Assembly: GCA_017524615.1 (NCBI GenBank)
Contig: JAFXVJ010000012.1
Coordinates: 5,907-69,906 of the forward strand
Length of the DNA: 64,000 bases
Direction of reading: 5' to 3'
From: Clostridia bacterium
GTDB taxonomy: Bacteria; Bacillota; Clostridia; Christensenellales; Aristaeellaceae
A program made the translations under genes and the position numbers. Positions 63,936-64,000 of this stretch are shown in pieces. The notes beneath the pieces are model-generated. The model searched no databases. It worked only from the letters and a program-made list of their open reading frames with translations, and was not told the origin of the DNA. The stretch's first letter is position 1, and the number at the start of each line of letters is the position of its first letter.

Positions 63936-64000
63936 ATGTACAGCGAAAAAGTAATGGATCACTTTGAACATCCCCGGAATGTGGGAGAGATCGAAGACGC
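63936..64000 (+). CDS. nifU: Fe-S cluster scaffold NifU/IscU (N-terminal fragment, continues beyond the window)
   Basis: GGGAGGAAATCAGGCT-ATG, then MYSEKVMDHFEHPRNVGEIEDA, the canonical IscU/NifU N-terminus. Confidence 0.85.
   Translation, partial: MYSEKVMDHFEHPRNVGEIED

Noticed and set aside
1-64000. Whole-window scan for CRISPR arrays, tRNA/rRNA genes, IS elements, integrases, toxin-antitoxin pairs and known defence-system genes.
   Set aside because: No regularly spaced direct repeats, no tRNA-like T-arm other than the one in tmRNA, and no transposase, recombinase or nuclease-NTPase signatures in any credible ORF. The window reads as core chromosome plus carbohydrate-utilisation islands.

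Overview
GC-rich (about 60% by eye) chromosomal segment. Gene order and protein families suggest a Clostridia gut anaerobe, possibly Oscillospiraceae/Ruminococcaceae-like; this is an inference I cannot verify here. I call about 57 protein genes, one tmRNA (ssrA) and one T-box leader. I see no rRNA, tRNA, CRISPR array, transposase, integrase or phage genes.

Layout:
- 1-7.7 kb, minus strand: Bacillus-like asp23/amaP/DUF2273-nusB-[TsaD-like + SAM methyltransferase]-folD-xseA-xseB-ispA block.
- 7.9-10.8 kb, minus: hisS-aspS behind a sigma-A-like promoter and a His T-box.
- 10.9-15.4 kb: RsfA-like regulator, LOG-family enzyme, aminotransferase, smpB-ssrA.
- 15.7-28.1 kb: secreted GH3, proA, GH13 amylosucrase-like enzyme, then an LplABC-type sugar ABC system plus an AraC regulator.
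- 28.6-37 kb: mixed accessory genes, namely a coiled-coil protein, a secreted cyclophilin-like-domain protein, an esterase, an AEC transporter, an Fe-S aldo/keto reductase, galT and a YczE-like membrane protein.
- 37.5-46 kb: galactomannan/mannan catabolic cluster (GH36, CE2-like esterase, GH130, phosphomannomutase, GH5, second GH130).
- 46-62 kb, minus: long co-directional block of radical SAM TIGR03960, TIGR03936, rng, miaB, SGNH, ymcA-like, two secreted paralogs, mutS, mutL, miaA, ynbB-like and an SDR epimerase.
- 62.2-64 kb: rrf2-nifS-nifU.

I found no clear-cut new defence or mobile system. The items most worth a second look:
- an ABC permease fused to an unrecognised ~409-aa, four-helix N-terminal module;
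- a structured ~200-bp intergenic repeat present twice;
- a TsaD paralog overlapping a methyltransferase, inserted into the nusB-folD operon;
- the radical-SAM/DUF2344/RNase G/MiaB cluster of unknown function;
- a pair of secreted paralogs, one ending in a DnaJ-type zinc finger;
- several long leaders and hairpins that no gene model explains.

All family assignments rest on motifs read by eye from the translations. No database search was run.
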